DNA of 64,000 nt from Amphiscolops sp. MND2022 (taxonomy: Eukaryota). Location: contig OZ076409.1 in the NCBI GenBank assembly GCA_964187785.1, forward strand, positions 33,296,001 to 33,360,000, written 5' to 3'. The notes under the pieces are model-generated. The model had not been told where the DNA came from and did no database searches. It saw only the letters and a list, made by a program, of their open reading frames with translations. Below are positions 13,001 through 24,615 of this stretch, one piece after another; within the stretch, counting starts at the first letter, position 1; each line of letters begins with the position of its first letter. Position numbers and translations under genes: made by a program.

Positions 13001-14500
13001 GGTACGCTGGGGAATCCATTTTTGGTGTTAATTTTACTTTGAATTCCTCGTTCATGCCAATGTCAAAGCGATGTCTGGCAAAAACATCATAAAATTTGTC
13101 TAAAAGGTTTTTTGTGCGAGCAATTTCATCTTGTTGTAGCAACGAGACCGTCCCGTGGAAGTTGATCAAGAAATGTTGACTTGACTCAAAATTTTCCTGT
13201 GGATTGAGTTTTCCGAGTTCCTGAATATTGAGCAATTCTAACAAAATCCGTTTTTGAATCGGTGTGTGATGCGGAGGGTCCCCAGGGTCCTCTGGCGTGG
13301 GAAACCAGTAGTTTTTCCTTGAAGTCTTCAGGTTTTGTAGATTTGATCAAGCTATTTGGGTAGTAAGCAGCATTCTCAGGGTTTTCCTGCAATAGAGGCT
13401 ATGAGGTCACCGGATCTACAGGTTCGACGTATTCCATCTGCTCCGGAGTCAGGACAGTGAAATTAGCAACTTGCGTACCCCTTTTGAGAGTATATGGGCT
13501 GTCAGTGAAATTGTTGAGATGAACTTCGACTCGACCATTGGTCAAGTTGACTAGAGCAGCACAGAAGGCAATGTCGCCGTCGTCAGTGAGTGTATTGCTT
13601 GGCTGGTGTATTCCAGTAACGGTAGTGTGTTCATACAGTTGTGACATCCTCTCTAATGCAGATGGATTCCATGACATTGGTGAACTTGTGATCCGTTGTT
13701 TTTCTTTGTATCGAGAAAAAAGGAAGTTCAGGACACCTTGTCTTCTGTCCAGAATTGTATTATTTCATTGAAGGAATGAAAGACCAAAATATGGACTAGG
13801 GCGTTTTTCCATGACTATAAATATCCCATTGAAATCTATGGAGGTGACTTCAAATTTCAGTGCTCTTCGGAGTTTTCAGCTGCCCAGTAGCAACCAATAT
13901 TTGGAAATTGGATGCCTGGACCTCTTTGATAATAGTCTGAGGGTCTAATAATCGGACTCTACGCAGATCAGCTTCTTGGATGGCGCCAGATAGTGCTCCC
14001 GTGTCTAGAAAGCCGTCTAATGTTAGTTCGTCGAAATCCATTGGACAATAGAGCATTCGCCGTTTATTTTTGAGTCCAAGGTTGGGTATCAGCGGTAAAA
14101 AGTTTGGTTTCACTGTTCTTGTGACTAGGGTGTTCACAAAACGCTCTCCAACGACTGTAGCCAGAGAGACCAGTGAATCTGGTTCTGGGGCTCAGGATAT
14201 GTTGGTTGGTGAGTCAATTGACAATTGTGTTGTCATGGGTCATCACATGCACTGGCAAGGGTCATATTTAGAGCTTGGTCTGTTTCGTGTAAATCCGGCT
14301 CTATGTCCTGAAATTGTTTATCAAAATTATGGTAGAAATATACATGGTGTTGATTGTAGGAACGGTGTGGGGGTCAAAACCATAGTCGTGGTCTGGGTAA
14401 TAAGAGTTATAGTCGTCTGTGAGAGGTACAGATCGTGTACGGAAGTATCTGTTTGTAGTCGGTCATACATTTGGTCGGGAGTGGTTAAATAAGTAGGTAC
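10084..14500 (-). pseudogene. pol: Gypsy pol (aspartic protease, dUTPase-like segment, RT, RNase H, integrase) with many stops, frameshifts and a deletion in the integrase
   Basis: FLDTGA (13850-14137); SKYASPIF...KKPNGRLR and QGLSRALSAFSSFM...LYVEY (RT, degenerate YxDD); TDASFSASG (RH); ITDQGTTFTS and GPHFVEKVL (IN). Confidence 0.9.
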
Positions 14501-14640
14501 GGTTGTCATCTGCTGCTGCCAGTCACTGGATGATGTTTCTTTGTTTGTTGTATAGTATTCAGTATACTATTGGTTTGAAGGGTCATATATTAAATACTTT
14601 TTAACACGGAGTTTTTCATTTATTTGGAGTCATGGCGAGT

Positions 14641-16344
14641 CTAGTTCTTTGAGTTCTTCCAAATGGAAGTAGTTGGCTCAATATTGGCGTCACCTTGACC
14701 GGTGGGCGTCTCATTAGTTGTGGTATCATCCAGTTTAAGGTTTTTGGGATTTAGGTGGGCTCCTGCGCCTTTCCAACATCGTTCGGCCGGGTGGGTGGCT
14801 TTGCCACAAGTGGGGCATTGTGGATTTTCTTTTTTGGTCGACTGACCGTCGTTGCGTTTCGCTTCCTCCTTTCGTTTCAATTTCGGCATTCGTCGTTGGT
14901 ATGCCCCGGTTTCTTACAGTAATTGCAGGTCGTCCCTGGGTCAACACTGGAGTAAAGGAAGCCATTGCCTGGTCGTGTTGCTGTCGGGCCAGTAGACATT
15001 GTTGGGGCTGGAATGTCGTCATCCTGCTCAAGTTCATTAAGTTTAAGTTCTCTTCCTAGATGAGTGACTATTTCCTCATAAGCGGCGTTTTCGAGTCTGG
15101 TCATGTTGACTGAACGTTTTAGTTTTGGTGCAGATTTGGCATAGAGAAAGGTATCGATCACCAGGGCGTTCTGGTCAAACGATTTTTCAGCTCCTTGATT
15201 GAGCTCTTCAAGGAAGTCTGGCAGTTTAATGGTGTTTGGGTCGAACACCAGTCTGTTCCATTTGTGCTTGGAGGATGCCTGGGACTCCGGTTTGACGTAT
15301 TTCCTACGGCAAACGGCCAAGATGTCCTCCAATGTCTGCCTATTTGCCGTAAGAATATTGCGAAACGTTTGCAGTGAAATTTTGCGTAGCAATGAGTGAA
15401 AACGGTTTACTGTAATTGCTTTGGTCATATCAGGCTGCTTTTGATCATTGTCTGAAAGATATCTTCGAAAAGATCGATTTTCCTCGATTTGCCGTCGAAC
15501 GTCAGTGTGGTCAAGCTGACTGAACGTGCCATCAGAATTTATGCTGAGGGACGGTTATGCATACCAACTAGTACTTCAGCAAGACAGTTAATAGGGTCTG
15601 AAGGGGTAGTTTGGTTTGTAGTCTCAAGGACCGGAGGGACAGTATCTTGCGACGCATCATTGATAGAATCTTGACGTTGCAGTGGTTCACGGGATTGCAT
15701 GGACCGTCCAACGAGACACTCAGCAACCATAAGTGGGGTAAGGTTGGCTCCTGTCACGATGTCGCGTTTCTGGTCGCCCGTATGAGAGTCTACTGAACTC
15801 TCCCTAGATGTTTGTCTACGGTTTTCTCGTGTAAAGCACGTATCAGGGTGATTTTCCCATGACTTCTGGGGGCTCGCAGCTTTGGGGCTCCTTTGTAGCC
15901 CACTGGACCTTCGAGCCACCATGGTGAGATTGCCTTTCTCCTGCGTAATATGTGTTCTTTTGAATCGAAGGAAGTAGTTTCTCAGTGATTGCTGCAGTAT
16001 TTGCCTCTCGTATTTGGGCTTTAAAACTAGATTTGATCTCATTCAGTTTCCTGGGCGTCTAATTAGAAATTTCTTCACTAATCATCGTTGTTTTTCAATG
16101 GTCATTTCTTTATTTTCTCTACTATTAGTGTTGAGAAGAGACCCAAACTCCTCTCCAACTAAATTAGAACTTTATTGAGGTCTGCTTGACCCTGAGTCCA
16201 AATTTAACTCATCTTAATTCTCGTTATTTCTATCTCATTCGTTGCATAACGTCCTAGCATAATATCAACAATTTCCTTATCAGACATGATGTCTAACTGT
16301 CTAGAACGCCTCTCTCTTGATTTCTGTTTTCTAGTTGAAGGCAA
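14641..16344 (-). pseudogene. gag: Gypsy gag with two CCHC zinc knuckles; N-terminal ~190 codons lie inside the 5' LTR
   Basis: CNYCKKPGHTNDEC and CPTCGKATHPAERC; ORF pieces 15539-16042, 14877-15428, 14641-14889. Confidence 0.85.
15746..15759 (-). promoter_or_regulatory. Primer-binding-site-like sequence directly after the 5' LTR (TCGTGACAGGAGCC, probably a mutated TGGTGACAGG...)
   Basis: Immediately follows the LTR end ...CGCGACA on the minus strand, where homology between the two LTRs stops. Confidence 0.6.
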
Positions 16345-17281
16345 CAAAGACGAAATCAACGTTTCAACAATGAACTGCTTGAATGTCTTGAATAAAGGAA
16401 AGAAAGCTTCAGAAAATGGTTCAACAGGTATAAATGCGAATATCTATCACGGTGAATGTTCAATCAGATTGGTATCAACTAATCAGCATCAATTTAGCCT
16501 CAATTGTGTCGTTAGGACCGCCAATCCCCAGTATTTATAGTCATCAGAGAGTGACAACCCTACTTCTGCGTGTCATGTTTACTAATTTCAGACACGATAA
16601 TTCTAAAACGAGCTTCTTTCCTGCGTTGCATCATACTGACGTCTTGTTATCAAAACTTCAAAGCAAAATTCAGACGGTTAGAAGTTCAAGGTGAATCAAC
16701 CATGATCGAGAGTTCCATTTCTATACATGAAAGTTAAACTAAACAATTCATGATGTCTAAATAAGAGATTCCATGCATTTGCTGATTTTTGAACGTAGAA
16801 GACCATTGGTCCGCGTGGCCACTCTAATATACCTGAGTATAGCACTAATGGTAGCAGCGTCCTATTTTCACCGTGGCAGACGTTTATTCCGCACAGCTAC
16901 AGTAAAATTGAAATGAGTACTGCATTCTGATTGGTTAATAACACTAGTATAGCGGGTACATCAAGCTAGGGGAGGAGTTCATTTACACTCCTTTCCTCTT
17001 TTGCGATAATTGTGCTACAATTGTTTACATACCAATTTCAGCAACTATAAAACAACAATTTTACCGTATAGCAAAATAATAACAGCTTTCTAGTATGGCA
17101 GATACAAAATTACATATCATAAAATAACACATTTCATGTTCAATAAATAAAAGTTTTGTTGTGGCTGTCCGGACGGATTGTCCGCGTGGTTTAAATTGAG
17201 AGAAATCCTGGAGGGGGTTGGTATTATCTTCTTCCAATAGGATTTGATAGTAATTACAGTCACGGGCAGGAGCCTGTGACA
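15760..17281 (-). repeat. 5' LTR (~1.52 kb) of the large gypsy element
   Basis: Homologous to 2356-3692; minus strand TGTCAC...CGACA; flanked by the TSD. Confidence 0.88.
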
Positions 17282-19286
17282 GACGCCCATAGCCACAAGT
17301 CCATTTACATCCTCAGGTAAATTGTGTCCCGCCAGGAGGAGGTCCCACATCTGAGGAACACTTGCTGACCTTTTCCAGACTGTAATTGCTGCCAGTAACG
17401 TAAATTATGCTCTTCCTCTTCAAAATCACCGTTTAGACAGCCTTCAAAAACGAAGATGATGGTGCCAAAGGTAAAATCTTCCAGATCACAGGATAGTGCG
17501 AAATTGTAGCTGACGAGCTAATACATCAAGAAAATACGATAAACCACATTATTAACATTTCACGGCAATTAGTAGGGGGTCACAAGTACCGTAGGCTTAA
17601 TTAAGCAGAGAGACTCATTTCAAGCAATTTCAAGCAATTTCAAGCAGTTTTTACAATTGGTAGCATCATGATTAAAAAGCACAAATTTTTATTCACATCT
17701 TGGCAAGATTAGCAGTTTGCTAATTGAGTCTTTTTCGCAAGAATTTGGCGATCTTTCAATTTGCTTCCTTGAGTCTGCCGCGTGGCTGTAATGATTTTAG
17801 TCTTTTGCAATTCTCCGGACAAGTCTTTCTCCGGACACGATTTGCGGAAAATGACAGAAAAATTTTGTTCGCCGTTCCTTGAACGAAAGTTTCAACCATG
17901 ACATGAGAGGTGATCATTAGAGATATTTTTTGTAAACCTTTCAAAAACTTCTGTACATATCAATATTCACAGAGTTCTGAGAAAAAAAATTAATTCTCAG
18001 CTCACTTTGCAATAGTGAAATCCGAAACTTAATAATCAGAACAAACACAAAAACGGCAAAAAGTGAAGAGTGTTCAACTCTCCAGTTCCTTGCAATTTTC
18101 GTACGTTGTTTTCAATCTTTCCGTGAAGTTTTTTAAATATCATCATATATCCAGAGAGTTCAGAACAAAACATTTGGCAACAAACCATACAGTTGAAAGT
18201 ATAAATCTACAGTTTTACCAGTCACAATGTCCAAGATGAAACGAACATTGTTCCTTAAGTGAATTTTGATTTATGCAGTTTTTCACAATTGTTGGATGTT
18301 TCCGTATGTATCACGAACCAAAAAAAAGCAACTAGCTACATTGCATAACTCAGCTTGAAAAAGTGTCAATTTTCTTCCAATTTAAAAAGAAAGAATCATC
18401 GAAGAGGTGTCAAATTTTCAAGTTAGGGGTATCATTAAGTACCTTTCAAAGAGTTAGGCCCGTATTGGAGCGGTATCAGGTTAAAATCTCGCTTGACTCT
18501 CTGTTGCAAGACCTTGGGTTGACTTTAACTCAAGCTTAGGGATCTGCGCACGGCAGAAAAACGCATTTGACGGAGACAGAAAAAAAGAAGAGCAATTGAG
18601 AGCAGTAAAACAACCTTTGTGACATTGAACAAGTAATTTTGAAACCATAGGTCCAAGCTAACCCTTGCCAAACAACTTGACTGCGTTTATGGTATTGTAG
18701 CTCGCTACGAGGGAATAGTATTCGAACCACTCCAGAAAAACAACTGCTTACACATCAAAACTGGGGATATGAACTTTCCTAACTTCCTCTCACACTTGAC
18801 TGTTTTAGCGATTGGTTTCATTTCTAGTCGGCGTTTAATTATACATAAAAAGCACGACTATTATAATGGCTTTTCGTCAGTTTGTTTTAAAACTTTTGCT
18901 TCGATCCACAAAATGACCAAATGATAAAATCTTCAAATGGACCATTGGGCCCATCACGCTATATCCTAATATTTGACATTCCGAAGAGACTGTGAAAACA
19001 AAAACCTCAAGTTTAGACTTGATTACTTTCTGCTGTGCGTTCTACAAGTAGGTACATTCTGATATGCAACATCTGGATCTGATATGGATCACATCGTGGA
19101 TATGATCACAACCACATCGATTACGTAATGAACGGTCGCTTGCTTGAGTGAAGAACTGTGTGTGCGCTCGCCATACAAATCGCACATTGAACATTAGCAT
19201 TGCCTCATTTCAAAAGTGAAACATTTCAACGTTTTGAAACATTTAAAACATTGTTACTTCCTGTTTTATTTTGCCGAAAACTTATC

Positions 19287-20108
19287 ATGTCGGTAAGAGC
19301 TGAAGCACAACAAGACAGGGAACTACTGGCCAACATCCAGGATGAAGGTTTGCGGCATTATCTGGAAAAACTCTCGGAGAAGGTTGATCAAAATCATTCT
19401 GATACAAACAAAAGGTTGGACGAACTTTTCAAACTTTATGATGATATAAATGAGCGGCTTCGAGCACAAGAGAGATACTCAAGTAAAGATTCTCTCATTA
19501 TCAACAATCCCCCTTTTGACCCGAGGGATGAAAAAAATCTTTTGAAAAACATATTGGAATTCATCACTGGTACCTTAAAAGTTCGAGATGTAGATAGATA
19601 CAGCTTCAAAGCCTATCACTTGCTACCACGTCCATATCTCCCAGATAACTTGATGCTACCCATAATAATAAAGTTTGTTTACTTCAATGACAAAGACAGA
19701 GTTTTTGCGGCGAGAAAACTTCTCAAAAAAGTTAAAAATACAATAAATGGGAAAAATATCTATATCAACGAACGCCTCCCATCCTTCGATAATCAACTAA
19801 AGAAAGACGCTGAAGCCTTGAACTACATAACGACAAAACGGAACTGTATTGTATCAGTCTTGTGTGAAAAAGCAGATGGAACCAAGCTGTTTATTCCCAT
19901 CAAAAGTGCAGAAGACCTCAAAGCATTGCGGAACCCTGTTGAAAGACCTGCCAATTTGTATGGAAGTGCTCCAGAAACTGCAGCGAAGAGAAAATTTAGC
20001 GTGATAAAAAACGATGAGGAGAAAATGATGATGATTTTTGCGTCCATGTCACCCGAACAAAAGAAAGTTTTCTTGGAGAAAGCCAAAGCTGAAAACGAAA
20101 ACAACTGA
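19287..20108 (+). CDS. LINE ORF1 (coiled coil plus RRM/CTD-like nucleic-acid chaperone)
   Basis: Intact ORF from ATG 19287; coiled coil followed by RYSSKDSLIINN...PIIIKFVYFNDKDRVF...IYINERL, typical of LINE ORF1. Confidence 0.8.
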   Translation: MSVRAEAQQDRELLANIQDEGLRHYLEKLSEKVDQNHSDTNKRLDELFKLYDDINERLRAQERYSSKDSLIINNPPFDPRDEKNLLKNILEFITGTLKVRDVDRYSFKAYHLLPRPYLPDNLMLPIIIKFVYFNDKDRVFAARKLLKKVKNTINGKNIYINERLPSFDNQLKKDAEALNYITTKRNCIVSVLCEKADGTKLFIPIKSAEDLKALRNPVERPANLYGSAPETAAKRKFSVIKNDEEKMMMIFASMSPEQKKVFLEKAKAENENN

Positions 20109-20639
20109 ATATAGAAAGAAAACTAAACTTTCTCTATATAAACATAAACAAGCATTTGTGTTCCTTATTTAATCTAAACTTGGATAAAAGAGCAAATTAT
20201 TACTCTCTTTGAAATCATGATGAAAACTTAGGGTATAAAAAAAAACGATTGTACAATTAATCTTATAACGTTTTTGCATTTATTCGTTTATTTTTCATGT
20301 CTTTTTAGGTGGGGACGATTCTCCGTTTCCCACAGCAGCGATTCTCCGCTGCCCAAGAAAAAAAAACAAAAGAAAAAGGCGAAAAAGAAGAAAAATTTCG
20401 AAATGTAGTAGAGACGATTCTCCGTCTTTGCTGTTTTCTGTTTTTCAAACTTTTTTTTTCTCTATTGAAAACAACATTTGCCAAATTTCTGCATGTGACC
20501 CAGGCGATTGGCATGACATAGGCGCACATCAGTTCTTTGTTGCAACAAATTCGACCTTTCACTTTGCAAGAAACCAACAAGAGACAAAAACACTAAAAAC
20601 ACTGCCGCCTTGTAACGAAAAAAAAAATAAACCAAAAGT

Positions 20640-23460
20640 TTGACTGCAAATTTGAAAAACCAAAACTTCGAGAACTGTATGGTAGAGGGGTTGACATTTT
20701 TCTATAATAATATAAGATCAGTATCAACAAACTTAGGTGATCTAGAAATTTTGATAGCAGAATCAAAACCATCTGTTATCGCACTAACTGAAACGTGGTT
20801 TAAGAACGAAAATGATGTAGAACTTTATAGCATAGACGGATACCACAGACCATTTACCAGTACTAGGAATAAAAGACGAGGTGGAGGAGTAGCAATTTAT
20901 GTTACGTTAGACTTGGAAGCAGAACTAATACACACTGATGAGATACATGAGTCAGTATCAGTAAAAATTAGTGACTCCAAAAAGAAAAAGAAAATCACTG
21001 TTTCTTGTTTTTACTGTGAACCTTCCAGAAACAGAAACCAGTATCTAGAACACGTTGAAGAAGTGTTGATGAAAAATGGCGACGGTTTACAAATAGCATG
21101 TGGTGACTTCAATATTGATCTCTTGAACGTGTCCCTTGCAGCACGGGTAACGCTAGAATACTTGATGTCTTCACAAGGACTTGATTTGGTTAGTTTGAGA
21201 GAACCTACTAGAGAAACTGCTACATCAAGTACATGTATAGATTCGATATACAGCAATGTTCCTGTTCAACGATCCCTGATAGTAAAGACTACATTCTCTG
21301 ATCACTACAGCTTGAAGTTGGATATCAATATATACCATGAGGTCGTAGAAAACATCTATGAATTTAGATCCTTGAAAAAATTAGAAGATCCTCTCTACTG
21401 TGAAAAGTTTCTCTTTTACTTGAGTCATTCTCTGGGGAAAATTGATGAGGTAAACACAGAAGCCGAAGCATATCTTGATAAGGTTGCACAACTACTTCAC
21501 GATGCCACAGACAAATACTTTCCGCTAAATAAAGTAAAAAGACGCGTTTGCAAAAAAACATGGATAACAAATCGTATAAAACGGCAAATAGCTACTAGAG
21601 ATAAACTGTACCAGCTATGGATCAAAACAAAAACAGAGCTTGATCACGAAAAATACAAAAAGAAACGGAATGAAGTCAACATGGAGATTAAAATTGCAAA
21701 ACGAAATGAAGTTCAAAACAAAATTGAGCAAAATAATCCAAAAGAACTGTACAGACATATTAAAAAAATGAAAGGAACTGACACCCAAGTGAAAAATTTT
21801 GGAGGACTATCTGTTGAAGACTTCAATAAATATTTCGTCACTGCTTGTGATAAACAAAATAACACGTCCGCTCCTAAATGGAAAAGTCAGCAAGTTGACC
21901 AACCGCAATCTATGTTTCTACGCCCAGTAAATGATGATGAAATATTGAAAATTATCGCAACATTGAAAAACAAAAAATCTGTTGGAAAAGATGGTGTAGA
22001 TGTCAGAGTTTTAAAGAAAGCGGCACAAATTGTTAGTCCTTACCTAAAAACTGCCTTTATTTAAATGCATTTCAGAAGGAGTTTTCCCCCAAAGTATGAA
22101 AATTGCCAAAGTAGTTCCAATTTTTAAAGCCGGAGAAAAAAAATTACCTTCAAATTACAGACCAATCTCAATTTTGGGTAATTTATCAAAAGTATTTGAG
22201 AAAGTAATCCACGAAAGATTGATGAACTATCTAGAAAAGTTTTCACTCCTTTCGGAAAATCAATACGGATTCAGGAAAAAGAAAAATTGTATCCAAGCAG
22301 CAACATCGCTATATAAAAAAATAGAAGAAAATTGGCAATCCAAAGCCAAAACGAACTGCATTTTTGTCGACTTCAGGAAAGCATTTGATTCAGTTGATCA
22401 TAAAATCTTGTTAGAAAAGTTGTACCATTATGGTATTAGAGGGATTCCTCATAAGCTCTTGGAAAATTATCTGGCAAATAGATTTCAGTATGTTAAAATC
22501 GAAAATGAATGTTCAAAAATGAGATCGATAAAACGTGGAGTACCACAGGGATCTATTCTTGGCCCACTTTTGTTTCTTGTATATATTAATGACCTGGGTG
22601 CAGATGAAAATTGGCAGAGCGAAGTTGTAAAAAATGCTGATGACACAGTTATGATAGAAAAATTAAACTCTAGATCAGATGACAAAAGTTTATTTCAAAG
22701 CTGGCTGAATGAAAATGACGTTGACTGTAATTACATGAAAACGAAGTTTGTTGTTTTCGAGAAGAGATCAGTAAATCATCCAAATATAGCAATTGGGGAT
22801 CATGAAATTTCCTCATGCGAAAACTACAAGTACTTGGGCATACATTTTGATAAAAAATTGAACTTTGAAGTGCACATTAGTAAAATCACTGGGAAACTTG
22901 CACGACAGAGTGGAATTCTTTACAAATTAAGAGAAACACTGAACAAAAGACAGTTAGTACAATACATCCGATCATATATATCGCCAATTATTCAATATGG
23001 GGTTCTTTTGTATGGTTTAAGCCCGAAAACAAGACTACAAAAAATCATGTTACTTCAAAAAAAAATAATTCGGATAGCATTCCGACTTCCACCAAGGGCT
23101 AGTATAATGGCAAAATTTAAAGAGCTAAAAATTGGCACAGTTTTTGAATACCATATATACGAAGTTTTCACGTACTCTATTAATGAGATTCGAAATGGTT
23201 TCAAAAATTTGAAGATTGGGGCTCAAACCAGGCAGACAAGAAACAGAAGTCTAAACGTTTGGAACTTCGCTGCAAAAACTGATCGGCTAGATTCTCATGC
23301 AATAATACTAATGAATGCTTTACGTAAGTGGGGTGTCTTGCCGTCCGAGGAAAATATATGTGAAATGGATGAAAAGCAGGTTCTAAACTTCTATCACCAA
23401 ATTTCAGATCTATATATTTTTGGCAACGGTGAACTGATCGATCTCCTCTACAATAGATAA
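20640..23460 (+). pseudogene. LINE ORF2: APE endonuclease plus reverse transcriptase, one frameshift at ~22060, YADD changed to NADD
   Basis: NIRS, LTETW, GGGVAIY, GDFNID, SDH (APE); NYRPIS, QYGFR, VDFRKAFD, GVPQGSILGPLLF, NADD, YKYLG (RT). Confidence 0.92.
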
Positions 23461-23779
23461 ATAAGTGTCAAACCTCTACCTCAACCAAGTTTCTGTTTTA
23501 ACCAATAACTCATACCTTTTTGTTGTAAAAAAAGGATTCCTCACGAAAAGCCTTTGTGCTTGTAGGAATTCTTTTCAGGGGCTTTTATATATATATATAT
23601 TTTTACTTTGAAATTATGGAACATGTATAACGCCACCTGATAAATTCAATTAATTAATTAATTAATCTGATGACAATAACTGACCTCAAAAGACTCAAAT
23701 GCTCAATTGAGTAAAATAGCTAGCTCATTTAGAAATTTGGTTTTCAAAAGCAAACATCCTCCCTCAAAGAAGATCTTTC

Positions 23780-24615
23780 ACAAGCCGGGACCGACACAAG
23801 TCGGCGCCCTGCTCAAGTATCCTAAACATACAAAGGACACTATTTTCAAACTTTTACCAATTTCCCAGTGTCGAAAAATACCCGAAGGGATACGCATGAG
23901 ACTCGGAAAGCACTTTTTCCTCCAACTTATCAAATTTTGAAAATTAGTCTTTGTGTCATTTTTTTTCGGAAAAAGCCCATAGTGCCGAAAAAGGTTTCAG
24001 CTCGCAAAACTACTTTTCCGCAAGCCGAAGTCAGCTATGAAAGCTAGGGGTACCCTTTGACCAAATGAAAGTTTCGGAAAAAAAGACACACAGAGCCGAA
24101 AAAAAAGGCTGAAAAAAAGTTTTTTCCACAATCATTAAGAAAACTCCTCAGTTTCACAAGATCGAAAAGTAACAAAAAGGTCACCCTGAAGACTCGGGAA
24201 ACATGTTTCCTTTACATAAAACTTCAAAAATCGTGGGGAAAAATTCGATTTTTTTTCGAAAATGTTTCAAAATTTTTCTACTTCGGTAAGTTACATAGTT
24301 CCACAAAACTAAAAGTGCTTGTCTATGCTCGCAAAATGCTGTTGTTTCTGCTGAAATTCGAGGGAGGGAGTTCAGGTTTGGAAAAAAAGTCACATATTGT
24401 CACAATTTTTAGATTGAGTGTGAGACTCGAACCCAGCTTCTCAGACCGCGGGAAATCCGCGTTAATCACTAGGCCAAGTGACTGACAAGCGAAATTGAAG
24501 AACTTTGGGGGAACTATTTTGGACAGATGAGGTGTATCGAAAAAAAAAGAACAAACTGACGAAAAGTTATGACTATAGTCGGTCTATTCTGACCGAAGAC
24601 AAGTGTCGACTAAAA
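23780..24615. repeat. Non-autonomous interspersed element, possibly Helentron/HINE-like, with subterminal inverted motifs and a terminal hairpin
   Basis: AAGTCGGCGC near the left end; AGTCGGTC...GTGTCGACT hairpin followed by an A-run at the right end; no ORF. Confidence 0.35.
24415..24482 (-). ncRNA. tRNA-derived Pol III head (SINE-like or tRNA pseudogene)
   Basis: Minus strand has A-box TGGCCTAGTGA, stem CGCGG/CCGCG and B-box GGTTCGAGTC; no canonical anticodon loop or acceptor stem. Confidence 0.5.

Larger units (their letters stand above)
2356..17281 (-). mobile_element. Full-length, degenerate Ty3/gypsy LTR retrotransposon (~14.9 kb) with accessory genes
   Basis: Paired LTRs with TG...CA ends; perfect 5-bp TSD GACGC at 2351-2355 and 17282-17286; gag-PR-RT-RH-IN order; PBS-like and PPT sites. 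Confidence 0.92.
19060..23666 (+). mobile_element. Near full-length non-LTR retrotransposon (CR1/L2/Crack group LINE); 5' boundary approximate
   Basis: ORF1 plus APE-RT ORF2; 3' UTR stem-loop (~23530-23575) and (TTAA)n/(TAAT)n tail at ~23648-23666. Confidence 0.88.

Noticed and set aside
16849..16860. TGGTAGCAGCG resembling an initiator-Met PBS on the plus strand (also TGGTGGCGGCG at 3254)
   Set aside because: It lies inside the TSD-defined LTR and on the wrong strand for the gag-pol; the fitting PBS is at 15746-15759.
24415..24482. Functional tRNA gene
   Set aside because: A and B boxes are present, but the anticodon loop and acceptor stem are non-canonical; kept only as tRNA-derived.
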